Positions 22,895-33,710 of a DNA stretch of 64,000 bases are shown piece by piece. A program made the position numbers and the translations under genes. Source of the DNA: an uncultured Nitrososphaerota archaeon. Its GTDB lineage: Archaea > Thermoproteota > Nitrososphaeria > Conexivisphaerales > DTJL01. Within the stretch, counting starts at the first letter, position 1. Each line of letters starts with the position of its first letter. The DNA lies in contig CAWJIE010000003.1 of the NCBI GenBank assembly GCA_963842885.1, forward strand, positions 128,001-192,000, written 5' to 3'. Below the pieces are notes generated by a model. That model worked only from the letters and a program-made list of their open reading frames with translations. It had not been told where the DNA came from and did not search any database.

Positions 22895-23833
22895 TCAGAA
22901 ATAGGAAAGGCGCGTCTTCTCGGCTGCTGCCGCTATCCTTCGGATCTCCCCGGGCGTCAGCCTCCAGCCTGCCGCCCCAGCGTTCTGCTCAGCCTGCCCG
23001 GGGTTCTTCGCTCCCGGGATGGCGACGATCCCTCCCCTGCTCAGCAGCCAGTTCAAAGAGACCTGGGCCATGGTCTTGCCCCGCTCCGACGCCACCTCTC
23101 TCAGCGCCTGCAAGAGGCCCTCCGCCTCCTTCAGGTTGCGGGAGTTGAAGAGCTTCCCCTCCACCCTGGCCGGGTCCTTCGGCACCTTCCCCGCCGAGTA
23201 CTTCCCCGTCAGCACGCCCTTCGCCAGCGGGCTCCAAGCTATGACCGAGATCCCCTCCTTCACGCAGTAGGGAAGGACTTCGGCCTCGACCTCCCTCTGC
23301 AGCAGGTTGTACCTCACTTGGTCGGAGACGATATCCAGGCCGTCCAGGAGCTCGCGGGCCTCCTTGAGGTCCCTGACGGCGAAGTTGCTCACGCCCACAG
23401 AGGCCACCTTCCCGTCCCTGCTGAGCTTCTTCAACCCGCTCATCGTCTCGCGCAGCGGGACCTGCTCCCAAGGGTCCGTCCAATGCATCTGATAAAGGTC
23501 GATCTCCTCCACGCCCAGCCTCGCAAGGCTGGCGTCGCAAGCCTTCAGAAGGTCGCCGTAGTGGAGGTGTTCCCCGTGGAACTTGGTGGCGACGACGAAG
23601 TTTTCGCGGCCGAACTTCTTGAGTGCTTGCCCCACGACCTCCTCTGAATGGCCGTCTCCGTAGAGCTCCGCCGTGTCGATGAAGTTGACTCCCAGCTCAA
23701 GGGAGCGCCCGATAGCCTCGATGATGGAGGAGTCCGAGAAGTCCTTCCCCCATTCCTTCCCGCCAGCCTGCCAAGCGCCGAACCCTATCACCGACACCTT
23801 CGGTCCCGTCCTCCCCAGCCTGATGTATTCCAC
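22895..23833 (-). CDS. Aldo/keto reductase
   Basis: IGFGAWQ, FIDTAELYG, VATK, IDLYQMHW and AWSPLAKGVLTGKY. Confidence 0.9.
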   Translation of the reverse strand: MEYIRLGRTGPKVSVIGFGAWQAGGKEWGKDFSDSSIIEAIGRSLELGVNFIDTAELYGDGHSEEVVGQALKKFGRENFVVATKFHGEHLHYGDLLKACDASLARLGVEEIDLYQMHWTDPWEQVPLRETMSGLKKLSRDGKVASVGVSNFAVRDLKEARELLDGLDIVSDQVRYNLLQREVEAEVLPYCVKEGISVIAWSPLAKGVLTGKYSAGKVPKDPARVEGKLFNSRNLKEAEGLLQALREVASERGKTMAQVSLNWLLSRGGIVAIPGAKNPGQAEQNAGAAGWRLTPGEIRRIAAAAEKTRLSYF

Positions 23834-23931
23834 GTCGACCCGAAGGTTCCATGCCGTCGCCCATACATAGAGGTTGTCTCGTTGTTCCTGCTTCGTTCTT
23901 AAATAGCCGCGAAGAAGGGAAAGCGTACGCA

Positions 23932-24822
23932 ATGAAGTTCGGAGTCTGCATCCCCAACTTCGGAGAGAACCTCTCGCCTGACTCAGTGCGTGCCGTATGC
24001 GAAGCCGCCGAGCGGCTGGGATACGACAGCGTGTGGACCACTGACCACCTTGTCACGCCTGCCGGGGCATCGTCTCCCTACAAGAACATCCTGGAGAGCG
24101 TCGCGGTCCTGGCGTACGCCGCCGCCCTCACCAGACGAGTTGCCCTCGGGACCTCCATAATAGTCGTACCCCTCAGGGACCCGGTGCTTCTGGCCAAGCA
24201 GCTGGCTACCGTCGACCAGCTCTCAGGGGGACGCCTCATCGCGGGGCTGGCCGTGGGCTGGTGGGAGGAGGAGTTCAAGGCCCTTGGGAGCAACTTCCAC
24301 GACAGGGGGGTCCGCGCCGACGAGGAAATCGAGCTCCTGCGTTCGTTGTGGGCGCAGCCGGTCGTTGACTTCATGGCCAGACACTACAGGCTGAGAGACG
24401 TCACCTTCGACCCCAAACCTGAGCAGGGAGCCTCTCTCCCCATCTGGATCGGCGGGAACAGCAGCTCGGCCGTCAGACGCGCGGTCGCCCTCGGGAACGC
24501 CTGGCACGCGACCAGCATCCCCTTCGACGAGTTCCAGGCAAGGGCGAAGGAGCTGAGGAAGCTGGCGGGGAAGCGCCAAGTGCTCATCACGAGCCGGATG
24601 GCCATCGACCTAGAAGCAAAGGGACCGAGGCTCACGACCAACCCGGCGGGCGAAAGGAGGGTCGTCTGGGCAGGCCTGCCAGACGCACTGATCGCTTCTC
24701 TGGAAGAATACAAGGCGGCCGGCCTGGAGTATCTGGTGGCCTACTTCGGAGACAAGGAATCGGACAAGTACGTCTCCGACATGGGGGAGTTCGCCAGGGC
24801 CGTCTTCCCAAAGCACCGCTGA
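23932..24822 (+). CDS. LLM-class F420-dependent oxidoreductase
   Basis: GYDSVWTTDH, LAKQLATVDQLSGGR and PIWIGG. Confidence 0.9.
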   Translation: MKFGVCIPNFGENLSPDSVRAVCEAAERLGYDSVWTTDHLVTPAGASSPYKNILESVAVLAYAAALTRRVALGTSIIVVPLRDPVLLAKQLATVDQLSGGRLIAGLAVGWWEEEFKALGSNFHDRGVRADEEIELLRSLWAQPVVDFMARHYRLRDVTFDPKPEQGASLPIWIGGNSSSAVRRAVALGNAWHATSIPFDEFQARAKELRKLAGKRQVLITSRMAIDLEAKGPRLTTNPAGERRVVWAGLPDALIASLEEYKAAGLEYLVAYFGDKESDKYVSDMGEFARAVFPKHR

Positions 24823-24889
24823 AGGATGCCGCGTGACGGGTCTGCCTCAAGGTTAAGTTAAAATACCCTCAAGCGCATTTGGACTTGCG

Positions 24890-25225
24890 TTGAATGCGGA
24901 AGGCGGGCTTCGGAAGACCTCGGTCACCGAAGACCCAAAGCCATCAGCCGACACCGTCGCTCTGGTCCTGGATGGCTGCCTCTACGCGTTGCTGGGGGGC
25001 CCCGCCTCCAACGCCTTCCGGACGTACATCAAGAGTCAGAGCTCTGTCACAATCGCCGACCTCGTCGACGACCCGCAGAAACTCCACGAATGCCTTCAAG
25101 GCGTCTTCGGTGACTCCGCGCTTATCATCGAAGAATTCATGGTCAGGAGCCTCGTCCGGGAGTTCAGCCTTCCGGGCACGCTTTGCATCGACCTCGTCTC
25201 CACGCTCAGGGCCGCCAGGGTCTGA
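24890..25225 (+). CDS. DUF3227-like protein
   Basis: LLGG...DDPQKLHECLQGVFGDSALIIE pattern. Confidence 0.6.
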   Translation: MNAEGGLRKTSVTEDPKPSADTVALVLDGCLYALLGGPASNAFRTYIKSQSSVTIADLVDDPQKLHECLQGVFGDSALIIEEFMVRSLVREFSLPGTLCIDLVSTLRAARV

Positions 25226-25305
25226 CCGGCGAGTGACGGGCCCCTCTCGAGCTCACGTTTAAATCGCCTCCTCTCCAAGGTTCCCTTTGGGAGTGCTCCG
25301 GACCC

Positions 25306-27468
25306 TTGGCCCCTTCGTCGAACCTGTCTCATCTTTTCGACCCGCACAGCATCGCTGTCGTGGGTGCCTCGTCTGACCCGACGAAGATTGGCTTCGAGGT
25401 CTTCAACAGCATGGCGACTTCGAAGAAGGTGGGCTCCTATTCGGGAGACCTCTACCCGGTTAACCCCCGCTACTCAGAAATCGCCGGGATCCCCTGCTCC
25501 CCCAATGTCGCATCCATCAAGGGCGACGTCGACCTGGCCGTGGTCGTCGTGCCCTCCCAGAACACGCCGGCCGTGATGTCGGACCTGGCCGCGAAGGGCG
25601 TGCCGGCCGCCATCATCGTTTCAGGCGGCTTCGGCGAGGTGGGGAACAAGGGGTTGGAAGACGAAGTCATGAAGATCGCTTTCGAGAATGGGATCAGGGT
25701 GCTGGGGCCCAATACCCTGGGCATCCAGGACCCCTACACAGGCGTGGACACGTTCTTCCTCCCTGAATGGAAGACGACCACCAAGGGGCACGAAGCCATA
25801 TCATCGCCGAAGCCCAGGCCCGGCTCCATCGTGCTGGTCAGCCAGAGCGGCGGGGTCGGGGCTGCCCTCATCGACTACATCGTGGGCAGCGGTGCCGGCC
25901 TTCGGGCATTCGTCGGCCTCGGGAACCAGGCTGACGTCACCCTGGACGAAGTCATATCCTACTACGCCGACGACCCTAAGACGAAGGCGATCCTCCTCTA
26001 TATCGAAGGGGTCCGCAAGGGCAGGAATCTCATAGAAGCTTGCTCGACGGCGTCCAAGAAGAAGCCCATAGTGGCCCTCAAGGCCGGGAAGAGCGAGTCG
26101 GGAAGGAGGGCGGCGTTCACGCATACGGCCTCTATGGTCGGCCAGAAAGAAGTGTACAGCGCAGCCTTCCATCAGGGAGGCATCGTGGAGGTCTCCACAA
26201 TCGAGGACCTCTTCGACGCGGGGAAGGTGCTTTCGATGCTCGCTCCTCCCTCTGGCGACAGGGTCGTCATCGTGACCAACGGCGGAGGTGCCGGCGTCAT
26301 CGCGGCCGATTCATGCGAGGAGCTGGGGCTGGAGGTGCCAGCCCTCAGCGACCGTGCCGCGAAGAGCCTTGAAGACCTGAAGAACGCCGGGAAGATCCCC
26401 TCCATGATAACCCCCAACAACCCCCTCGACCTGACGGGCTCAGCTAGCAGCGAGACGTTCAGGCTCGCCAGCATCGCGCTAAAGGAAGGCTACACGTTTG
26501 ACGCTTGGCTTTACATCACCCTCCACCACGCCCCCGCTGTCTACGACGACGTGGTGGACGTGATATCATCGGTGCGCAAGGAGCACGGCCAGCCCGTCGT
26601 GGCCTGCGACGTGGGCGAAGCCGAGTGGGCCAGGATCATGAGGTCGAAGTTCGAATCTTACGGCATACCGTGCTACCCCACGCCCGACCGGGCTGCGAAG
26701 GCCATCCACTTCCTTTCCCGCTACGGCTTCATCAGGAACGACCCCGAGGTGTGGCAGGACACGCAAGCCCTAAGCGACAGGGCTGGCTGGCTGAGGTCAT
26801 TCGTCGGAGGAGGCGGGGAGCCCGTCCTTCTCGAACCCAACGCCAGCCGCCTCCTGGCGGAGTACTCCATTCCGCTCCTGCCATCCGCCGTGGTGGCGGA
26901 CGAGGATTCTGCTGTCAGGGCGGCCGACTCGATGGGATACCCGGTCGCCCTCAAGATCGTCGCGGCTGGCCTCAGCCACAAGATGGACGTAGGCGGAGTG
27001 GTCCTCAACGTCGGTGACAGCATTGGCGTAAGGGGCAATTTCGACGTCCTGAAACGTAAGGTGAGCGAACTGGGACTCTCGGACTCCTTCAGAGGCGTCT
27101 ATGTCCAGAAGATGGCCGAGCCGGGATTCGAGCTGCTCATCGGCGGACACAGGGACCGGTTCTTCGGCCCCGTGATCACGCTGGGAGCGGGGGGGACGTT
27201 CACCGAGCTCCTCAGGGACTTCACGCTGAGGGTTGCCCCATTCACCGTCGGCGAGGCGGAAGATATGGTGAACGAGCTGCGAATCTCTCCCATATTGAAG
27301 GGCTACCGAGGAAAGGCCTCATACGACGTGGAGTGCCTCAAGGACGTCATCGTCAAGCTCTCCAGGATAATGCTTGAGAACCCCTCCGTCAGCCAGATGG
27401 AGATCAACCCCTTCTCGGTCTTCTCTTCGGGAGGGGCGGTCGTCGACGCCAGGGTCCTCCTTGGCTGA
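25306..27468 (+). CDS. ADP-forming acyl-CoA synthetase (fused alpha/beta)
   Basis: SIAVVGAS, GPNTLG, SQSGG, THTAS phospho-His, NNPLDLTG, and ATP-grasp GYPVALK...HKMDVGGV. Confidence 0.9.
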   Translation: MAPSSNLSHLFDPHSIAVVGASSDPTKIGFEVFNSMATSKKVGSYSGDLYPVNPRYSEIAGIPCSPNVASIKGDVDLAVVVVPSQNTPAVMSDLAAKGVPAAIIVSGGFGEVGNKGLEDEVMKIAFENGIRVLGPNTLGIQDPYTGVDTFFLPEWKTTTKGHEAISSPKPRPGSIVLVSQSGGVGAALIDYIVGSGAGLRAFVGLGNQADVTLDEVISYYADDPKTKAILLYIEGVRKGRNLIEACSTASKKKPIVALKAGKSESGRRAAFTHTASMVGQKEVYSAAFHQGGIVEVSTIEDLFDAGKVLSMLAPPSGDRVVIVTNGGGAGVIAADSCEELGLEVPALSDRAAKSLEDLKNAGKIPSMITPNNPLDLTGSASSETFRLASIALKEGYTFDAWLYITLHHAPAVYDDVVDVISSVRKEHGQPVVACDVGEAEWARIMRSKFESYGIPCYPTPDRAAKAIHFLSRYGFIRNDPEVWQDTQALSDRAGWLRSFVGGGGEPVLLEPNASRLLAEYSIPLLPSAVVADEDSAVRAADSMGYPVALKIVAAGLSHKMDVGGVVLNVGDSIGVRGNFDVLKRKVSELGLSDSFRGVYVQKMAEPGFELLIGGHRDRFFGPVITLGAGGTFTELLRDFTLRVAPFTVGEAEDMVNELRISPILKGYRGKASYDVECLKDVIVKLSRIMLENPSVSQMEINPFSVFSSGGAVVDARVLLG

Positions 27469-27568
27469 TGCCCGTGCTGGGGGACCGGCGGCGTCGCGGT
27501 CTTAGAGACTGCCTAGGAAGCCGCTAGTCGAGAATGAATAAAATACCAGTGAGCTCGTCCTCCTTGCT

Positions 27569-29006
27569 ATGACCGCCTTGGACAGAGATCTTGCGGAACG
27601 CGCCATCGAAGCCGCGACGAAGGCCGACGCCGAATACGCTGAGGCTCGCCTTCAAAGGAACGTCGAACAGATGGCGGTCCTGAAGAACGGCGAAGTCGAG
27701 GCACCGGGCTACGGCGACACCCTCGGTATCGGCGTGCGGGTGATGTATAAGGGTGCCCTAGCCTTCGGCTCCACCAACGTCCTCGACAGGTCCAGCGTCA
27801 CGGAGCTGGCCACCCGCCTCACCAAGCAGGCGAAGGCGTCCGCGCCATACTTCAAGGAGAAGGTCAAGATGAGCCGAGAGGACGTCCATCTCGCAAAGTG
27901 GGGAGCGGAAGAGAAGGAGAGCCTGGACGACATCACCTTGGAGAGCATCATCTCGTACCTGAAGGAGCTGGACGCGGTAGCCACTTCCGCTGGCGGCGAC
28001 GTCAAGCTGGCCAACAGGGTGCTCTATCTGCTTAGCGAAGTAGACGAGAAGTACTTCACGAACTCCGACGGCTCCAAGCTGGATAGCCGGGTCCCACGCC
28101 TCATGGTCTACGGCATCCTGACGGGAGTTAGCGGAGGGAGCGTCGTGCAGAGGATGGTTCAATACGGGGAGGTGGGCGGCTGGGAGGCGCTGAAACGCAT
28201 GAAGTATCCTGGAGAAGGTGGGCGAGGAATCCTCCATGGTGCTGAAGATCCTGAAGGACGCGGCCAAGTTCGTCCCCGGGGAGATGGATGTCCTAGTCGG
28301 TCATGAGGTCGCGGGCATCATGGCACATGAGTCGGTGGGCCACCCCGGAGAGGCCGACAGGATACTTGGCAGGGAGGCCGCGCAGGCGGGGGAGTCCTAC
28401 CTGTCTTCGGACGACGTGGGCCTACGGGTCGGGAGCAACGAAGCGAACATCAGCGACGACCCCACGCTTCCACATGCTTACGGCCACTATCTCTACGACG
28501 AAGAAGGGGTGAAGTCTCGCAAGAGGAGGCTCATCGCGGGGGGCGTGATCACAGAGCTGTTGCAGAACAGGGAGACCGCGCAGACATTCGGGGTCGACAG
28601 CAACGCCTCAGCCAGGGCAGTCCGCTACGACAGGGAGCCCATCATCCGGATGGCCAACACCTATGTGGAGCCCGGCGACTACACCTTCGAGGAACTCCTC
28701 AAGGAGATCAGCCACGGGGTCTACATCAAGAACTTCATGGAATGGAACATCGACGACAAGAGGCTGAACGGAAGGTACGTCGGGCACGAAGCATATCTCT
28801 TGGAGCACGGCGAGATCAAGGGTCTAGTCCGCAATCCCATCATCGAGATAAGCACCCCCAGGCTCTGGGGCGGCGTCCACGCCCGGGGGAGGGAGATGGA
28901 GTTCGGCGCCGCCACATGCGGGAAGGGCGACCCCTCGCAGGGCGCACCCGTGTGGCATGGCGGCCCCCAGTTCGTGGTGAAGGGTGTCAAGGTTGGAGCG
29001 AGGTGA
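27569..29006 (+). CDS. tldD: TldD metalloprotease (indel at about 28208)
   Basis: HESVGHPGEADR, YDEEGV, IRMANTY and CGKG. Confidence 0.9.
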
Positions 29007-29012
29007 GCCCGC

Positions 29013-30338
29013 TTGAGCAGTGAAGAGCCTATCATCTGGACGACCGCAAAATGCCGAGAGCTGGGCACAGACGACTTCAGCGTCCTCCTCTATCATAGCG
29101 ACGAAGGCCAGGCGCGCTTCGGCAACAACAGCCTGACCATCACCAACCGTCTCCTGAACAAGGAGATCGTCGTGTACATGACCAAGGGGAAGAAGCGGAT
29201 TTTCGGCGAGCTTTCGACGATAGATAGGGGCAGCGTCGAAAGGTTCGTCGAGCGGCTCTTCAAGTCGATGCTGGCCGCCGGCGGCGAGTCGGAGTTCCCC
29301 CACCTTCCCTCCGGACCGTTCAAATACAGCTTCAACGGCGATTTCGACCCTCGCGTCTCTGGATTCGACGTCGCGGGCCACGCTTCGAGGACGATTGAGG
29401 CGGCACTCGCGGCAGGGGCCCGGAGGGTCGCGGGCTCCCTTTCGACAGAGAGATATACCGTGACAATCTCCACGTCGAGCGGCGTCAGCGCCAGCGAGGA
29501 GCGCAGTCGGTTCCTTCTCAACGTAAGGTCCTTCACCGATAGGGAAGCCAGCGGCCAGGGGGTCGCCGTCTCCACCAACATGGACGACTTCGACATCGAA
29601 GCGGCCGGCCGCACATCGGGGGAGAACGCCAAGCTCAGCCGGAACCCCAAGTCGGTTGAGGTCGGAGACTACACGGTCATCATGGGACCCACTGTGGCGG
29701 CCGAGCTCATGCAGCACGTGGCCAACTCGACCTCGGCTTTCAACGTCGAGGCGGGCCTGTCGTTCTTTGCCGGATCCTTGGGCAAGGAAGTGGCTGCTGA
29801 AGCCTTCACCCTGGTCGACCACGGCCAAATCAGAAACGGCCTACGAAGCAGGTCCTTCGACGATGAGGGAGTCCCCACCAGGAGCAACTCCCTGATCGAG
29901 AAGGGCGTTCTGAAGACCTACATCCACAACAGCACCACCGCAGCCAAGCACAAGGCCGCGCTGACTGGGAATGCGGGGCTCCTGGAGCCTCATCCATGGA
30001 ACATCGAGGTCAAGGGCGGCAGCCACACCCTCGAAGAGATGATCCGGGAGACGAAGAGGGGCATCTACGTCACCAACAACTGGTACACACGATTCCAGAG
30101 CTACACCAAGGGCGAGTACTCCACCCTCCCCAGGGACGCTGCCTGGCTCATCGAGGACGGCGAGCTCAAGACCCCCGTCGCCGGCATCCGGCTGAGCGGA
30201 GAGATACCACGTCAGATCAAGGAGATGGACGCGATAGGGAAGGAGAGGCGGTGGGTCCAGTGGTGGGAGGTCGAGGTCCCCACACTCATCCCCGCGCTGC
30301 GGGTCCCCAACGTCAGGGTGACGAAGGCATCGGGCTGA
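29013..30338 (+). CDS. pmbA: PmbA/TldE protein
   Basis: FDDEGVPT, LIEKGVLK and TGNAG; lacks HExxH; follows tldD. Confidence 0.88.
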   Translation: MSSEEPIIWTTAKCRELGTDDFSVLLYHSDEGQARFGNNSLTITNRLLNKEIVVYMTKGKKRIFGELSTIDRGSVERFVERLFKSMLAAGGESEFPHLPSGPFKYSFNGDFDPRVSGFDVAGHASRTIEAALAAGARRVAGSLSTERYTVTISTSSGVSASEERSRFLLNVRSFTDREASGQGVAVSTNMDDFDIEAAGRTSGENAKLSRNPKSVEVGDYTVIMGPTVAAELMQHVANSTSAFNVEAGLSFFAGSLGKEVAAEAFTLVDHGQIRNGLRSRSFDDEGVPTRSNSLIEKGVLKTYIHNSTTAAKHKAALTGNAGLLEPHPWNIEVKGGSHTLEEMIRETKRGIYVTNNWYTRFQSYTKGEYSTLPRDAAWLIEDGELKTPVAGIRLSGEIPRQIKEMDAIGKERRWVQWWEVEVPTLIPALRVPNVRVTKASG

Positions 30339-30450
30339 GTGGAGAACCCCCAACTGCAAGTCAAGTAATCAGAAAAACATATAAAGTGCTTCGTCAAGCT
30401 CTTGTTTCGCAGATTATAGCAGATTAGAGAAAAGGAGTGTTGATTGAGAC

Positions 30451-32154
30451 ATGTCTACAACCGCATATCCGGCCGTCACTTCGAGCGGACAACCCGTCCT
30501 TATCCTTAGGGAAGGCTCCAGCGAGGCCAAGGGGAGAGACGCCCAGCGCAACAACCTGGCGGCGGCTACCCTGGTCGCGGAGATCGTGAAGTCGAGCCTG
30601 GGCCCACGGGGGATGGACAAGATGCTCGTGGACACCTTGGGAGACGTCACCATCACCAACGACGGAGCCACCATCCTGAAGGAGATCGACATCCAGCATC
30701 CGGCCGCCAAGATGATGGTCGAGATCGCCAAGGCGACGGACGGCGAGGTCGGCGACGGCACCACCTCCACCGTGGTCTTCGCAGGGGCCCTTCTGGATAA
30801 GGCCCAGCTCCTCCTCGACAAGGAGGTCCATCCCACCATCGTAGTGGACGGATACAGGAAGGCCTGCACTCAATCCATGAAGATACTGGACGAGATAGCC
30901 ATCAAGGTCAAGGCGGGGGACCCGGAGTGGTTGCTGAAGATCGCCAAGACCACCATGGCGACGAAGATGGTTTCCAAGGACTCGGTGTACTTGGGCAAGC
31001 TGGTGGTCGACGCCCTCCTGCTCATAGCGGACAAGCATGACGACGGGACCTTCTCCGCCGACATAGACAACGTCAAGGTCGAGAAGAAGCCAGGCGGCTC
31101 CATCCTCGACACGACCCTCATCAGGGGCATCGTCGTGGACAAGGAGGTCGTACACGCGGGGATGCCGAAGCGGGTGGAGAAGGCGAAGATCGCCCTAATC
31201 AACTCGCCCCTTGAGATAGAGAAGACGGAGTTCGACGCGAAGATCAACATCACCGACCCGACCCAGATGAAGTCCTTCTTGGACGAGGAAACCGAGATGC
31301 TGAAGGCCATGGTGGAGAAGGTCAAGGCCGCCGGGGCCACCGTCGTCGTGTGCCAGAAGGGCATCGACGACATCTCCCAGCATTACCTTGCCAAGGCGGG
31401 TATACTCGCCGTGAGGCGGGTCAAGATGAGCGACATGGAGAAGCTGGCCAGGGCCACCGGCGGAAGGGTGGTGACCACTCTCGAAGACCTCACCGCTTCC
31501 GACCTGGGGAAGGCTGACCTGGTGGAAGAGCGGAAGGTCGAAGAGGACAAGTGGGTGTTCATAGAAGGCTGCAAGAACCCCAAGGCCGTCACGATATTGG
31601 TCAGGGGTGGAGGGCAGCGCATCGTTGACGAGGGGGAGAGGTCCCTCCACGACGCGATCATGACAGTCAAGGACGTGCTCGAAAAGCCCGCCGTCGTGGT
31701 GGGCGGAGGCGCACCGGAGGCGGAGGTGGCTTTCAGGCTACGTGAATGGGCGAGCACGCTGCCCGGCAGGGAGCAGCTGGCCGTGCAGAAGTTCGCCGAC
31801 GCCCTGGAGGTCATACCCCTGACGCTCGCCGAGAACGCGGGGATGGATATGCTCGACACTCAGGTCAAGCTGGCCGCGGCCCACGGCGAGAAGAAGGTCT
31901 GGTACGGCGTAGACGCCCTGAAGAACAAGGTGGGCGACATGTACGAGAGGGAAGTCTTCGAGCCCCTGAGCGTCAAGGTCCAGGTCATAAAGTCGGCCAC
32001 CGAGGCCGCTAGCATGCTGCTGAGGATCGACGACGTCATCGCATCATCCAAGCCGAAGGGAGGCCCAGGCGGCCCAGGCGGCCCAGGCGGAGGCATGGGC
32101 GGCATGGGTGGTGGGATGGGCGGCATGGGCGGAATGGGCGGCATGGAAGACTAG
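30451..32154 (+). CDS. ths: Thermosome (group II chaperonin) subunit
   Basis: LGPRGMDKM, TITNDGATIL, GDGTTS and GGM C-terminal tail. Confidence 0.97.
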   Translation: MSTTAYPAVTSSGQPVLILREGSSEAKGRDAQRNNLAAATLVAEIVKSSLGPRGMDKMLVDTLGDVTITNDGATILKEIDIQHPAAKMMVEIAKATDGEVGDGTTSTVVFAGALLDKAQLLLDKEVHPTIVVDGYRKACTQSMKILDEIAIKVKAGDPEWLLKIAKTTMATKMVSKDSVYLGKLVVDALLLIADKHDDGTFSADIDNVKVEKKPGGSILDTTLIRGIVVDKEVVHAGMPKRVEKAKIALINSPLEIEKTEFDAKINITDPTQMKSFLDEETEMLKAMVEKVKAAGATVVVCQKGIDDISQHYLAKAGILAVRRVKMSDMEKLARATGGRVVTTLEDLTASDLGKADLVEERKVEEDKWVFIEGCKNPKAVTILVRGGGQRIVDEGERSLHDAIMTVKDVLEKPAVVVGGGAPEAEVAFRLREWASTLPGREQLAVQKFADALEVIPLTLAENAGMDMLDTQVKLAAAHGEKKVWYGVDALKNKVGDMYEREVFEPLSVKVQVIKSATEAASMLLRIDDVIASSKPKGGPGGPGGPGGGMGGMGGGMGGMGGMGGMED

Positions 32155-32175
32155 CCGCGCACCTTACCCTCGATC

Positions 32176-32196
32176 CCTTTTCTTTCTCCTTGTTTT
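32176..32196 (+). terminator. T-rich archaeal terminator
   Basis: CCCTTTTCTTTCTCCTTGTTTT just after the thermosome stop. Confidence 0.5.
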
Positions 32197-32369
32197 GCGC
32201 ATGCTAGCCTAGGCTACGCCCTTGAGCGCAGGGCGAGGAAGATTCACTCCGCAAGCGACCGAGGTGCATGACCCGTCGTCCTTCTCCGTCGACAGCTTAA
32301 GTGCGTCCTCTGCTACAAGGTTGACGAGGCGGGGCGAGTGCTTCCACGCGTTCGGGCGGGTCAATTTCA

Positions 32370-33101
32370 TTGAGGCGTCTGGCTCTCGTAGTGATTGCGG
32401 GGATATTCCTGGCGGTGGCCGTCGGCTTCCTCGCCTGGCAGGAGCTGGTGCCATCTGGTCCGACAGGCAACAGTTCCTCAGGACTCGTCCTCAGCCAGGG
32501 CTCATCGAGCGGAAGCGGGCCATGGACGCTGATTGTGCAGGGGTCCAACAGTGGCGGTTCGCCTTTCACGATATCCGCAGTCAGGGTTGACGGAACGGAC
32601 TGTTCAGCCAAGGTGAGCTCGCCCACCCTCCCCATCGTCGTGCAGCCCGGTTCCTTCTTCTCCTTCTCCGTCGCGGTCGCCAGCGGCGGTGGGGTGACGT
32701 ACTCCGCCGGCCAGGCCCTAGAGGTCGAGGTCGGCACCTCCGCCGGTGCCAGCGTTTCCACCCAGATTTCTCTCCCTGCCTCCGGGGGCTCCCCTGGAGG
32801 AGGGGGTGGCGGTGGGGGTAACGAGGAGCTGATCCTGTCGGCCTCTGTCATAGGCGGAACCTTAAACGTCACGGTGCTCAACGAGAGCCCAGGATCCGTC
32901 ACCGTGATGCAGGTCCACTTTAACGGCGTCCCCGCCTCCGTCACCTTCGGGTCGGGCTTCGGCCAGGGGGGCCAACTTGCGTCGGCCGCCTCCGGGACGT
33001 TCACCGTCTCGACCTCCGGCACGACTTCTGGGATACTCTACGACATAGTCGTCATCACCGCCGCCGGGAACAGCTTCCAGACCACCGTCACCTGGCCTTG
33101 A
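32370..33101 (+). CDS. Membrane-anchored Ser/Gly-rich surface protein with two Ig-like (pilin-like) domains
   Basis: N-terminal TM; two beta-rich repeats ending VEVGTSAG and IVVITAAGNSF; poly-G linker. Confidence 0.65.
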   Translation: MRRLALVVIAGIFLAVAVGFLAWQELVPSGPTGNSSSGLVLSQGSSSGSGPWTLIVQGSNSGGSPFTISAVRVDGTDCSAKVSSPTLPIVVQPGSFFSFSVAVASGGGVTYSAGQALEVEVGTSAGASVSTQISLPASGGSPGGGGGGGGNEELILSASVIGGTLNVTVLNESPGSVTVMQVHFNGVPASVTFGSGFGQGGQLASAASGTFTVSTSGTTSGILYDIVVITAAGNSFQTTVTWP

Positions 33102-33203
33102 ACCGTAGTTTCCCGATAGTCCCTTAGGGTGATTGGCTCTAGACCTCACTGTCCGAAAAAGGGCGTTGATGTTCATGACAACCTCCCGGGGAGCCGGTAT
33201 CTG

Positions 33204-33710
33204 ATGTGGAACGCTGTCAAGGGCCACTTCACGAAGAGGAAGGCAGGCCTCTAGGTCGTCCGCCTGCTGATCGAGAACGGCATCAGGGTGGACGAAAACG
33301 GCCGCTTCTATGTCGCCGGCGCTGAGATCACAGACGTCAGCCTGGCAAGGGCCGCTGGAGTGGACAGGCGAGTGGTCCCTGACACTGTCGCCTACATCCT
33401 TGAAGACGAACAGATGAAGCCCATTTTCATGAACCTCAGGCCCGCCAGTGCGAGCGTCGTCGGCGTGGCCTCCCATCTGGGCTACCCGGTCCTCAGGGTG
33501 AACGCCGACCCTCACAAGTCGGGCATCCTCGCAGGAGTCTCGGATGTGCTCGCAAAGCACCACCTCTTGGTGAGACAGGCCCTGGCCGACGACCCCGACC
33601 TATGCCCCGAACCGGCGCTCACTCTCGTCATCGAGGGGCACGTCCCAGCCGAGGCAGTCGAAGGCATCCAACGTCTCCCGTACGTTTAGAGTATCACCAT
33701 ATTCAGATAG
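33204..33710 (+). pseudogene. ACT-domain amino-acid metabolism regulator (COG2150-like) with two in-frame TAG codons
   Basis: MWNAVKGHF...GL*VVRLLIENG...ARAAGVDRRVV...GILAGV...RQALADDP...PYV*SITIFR*. Confidence 0.75.

Noticed and set aside
25306-27468. 3-hydroxypropionate/4-hydroxybutyrate cycle ligase or protein acetyltransferase call
   Set aside because: No GNAT domain is present, and substrate specificity cannot be read from the sequence without a phylogeny.
32059-32148. GGP/GGM tandem repeats
   Set aside because: Normal Gly-Met-rich chaperonin C-terminal tail.
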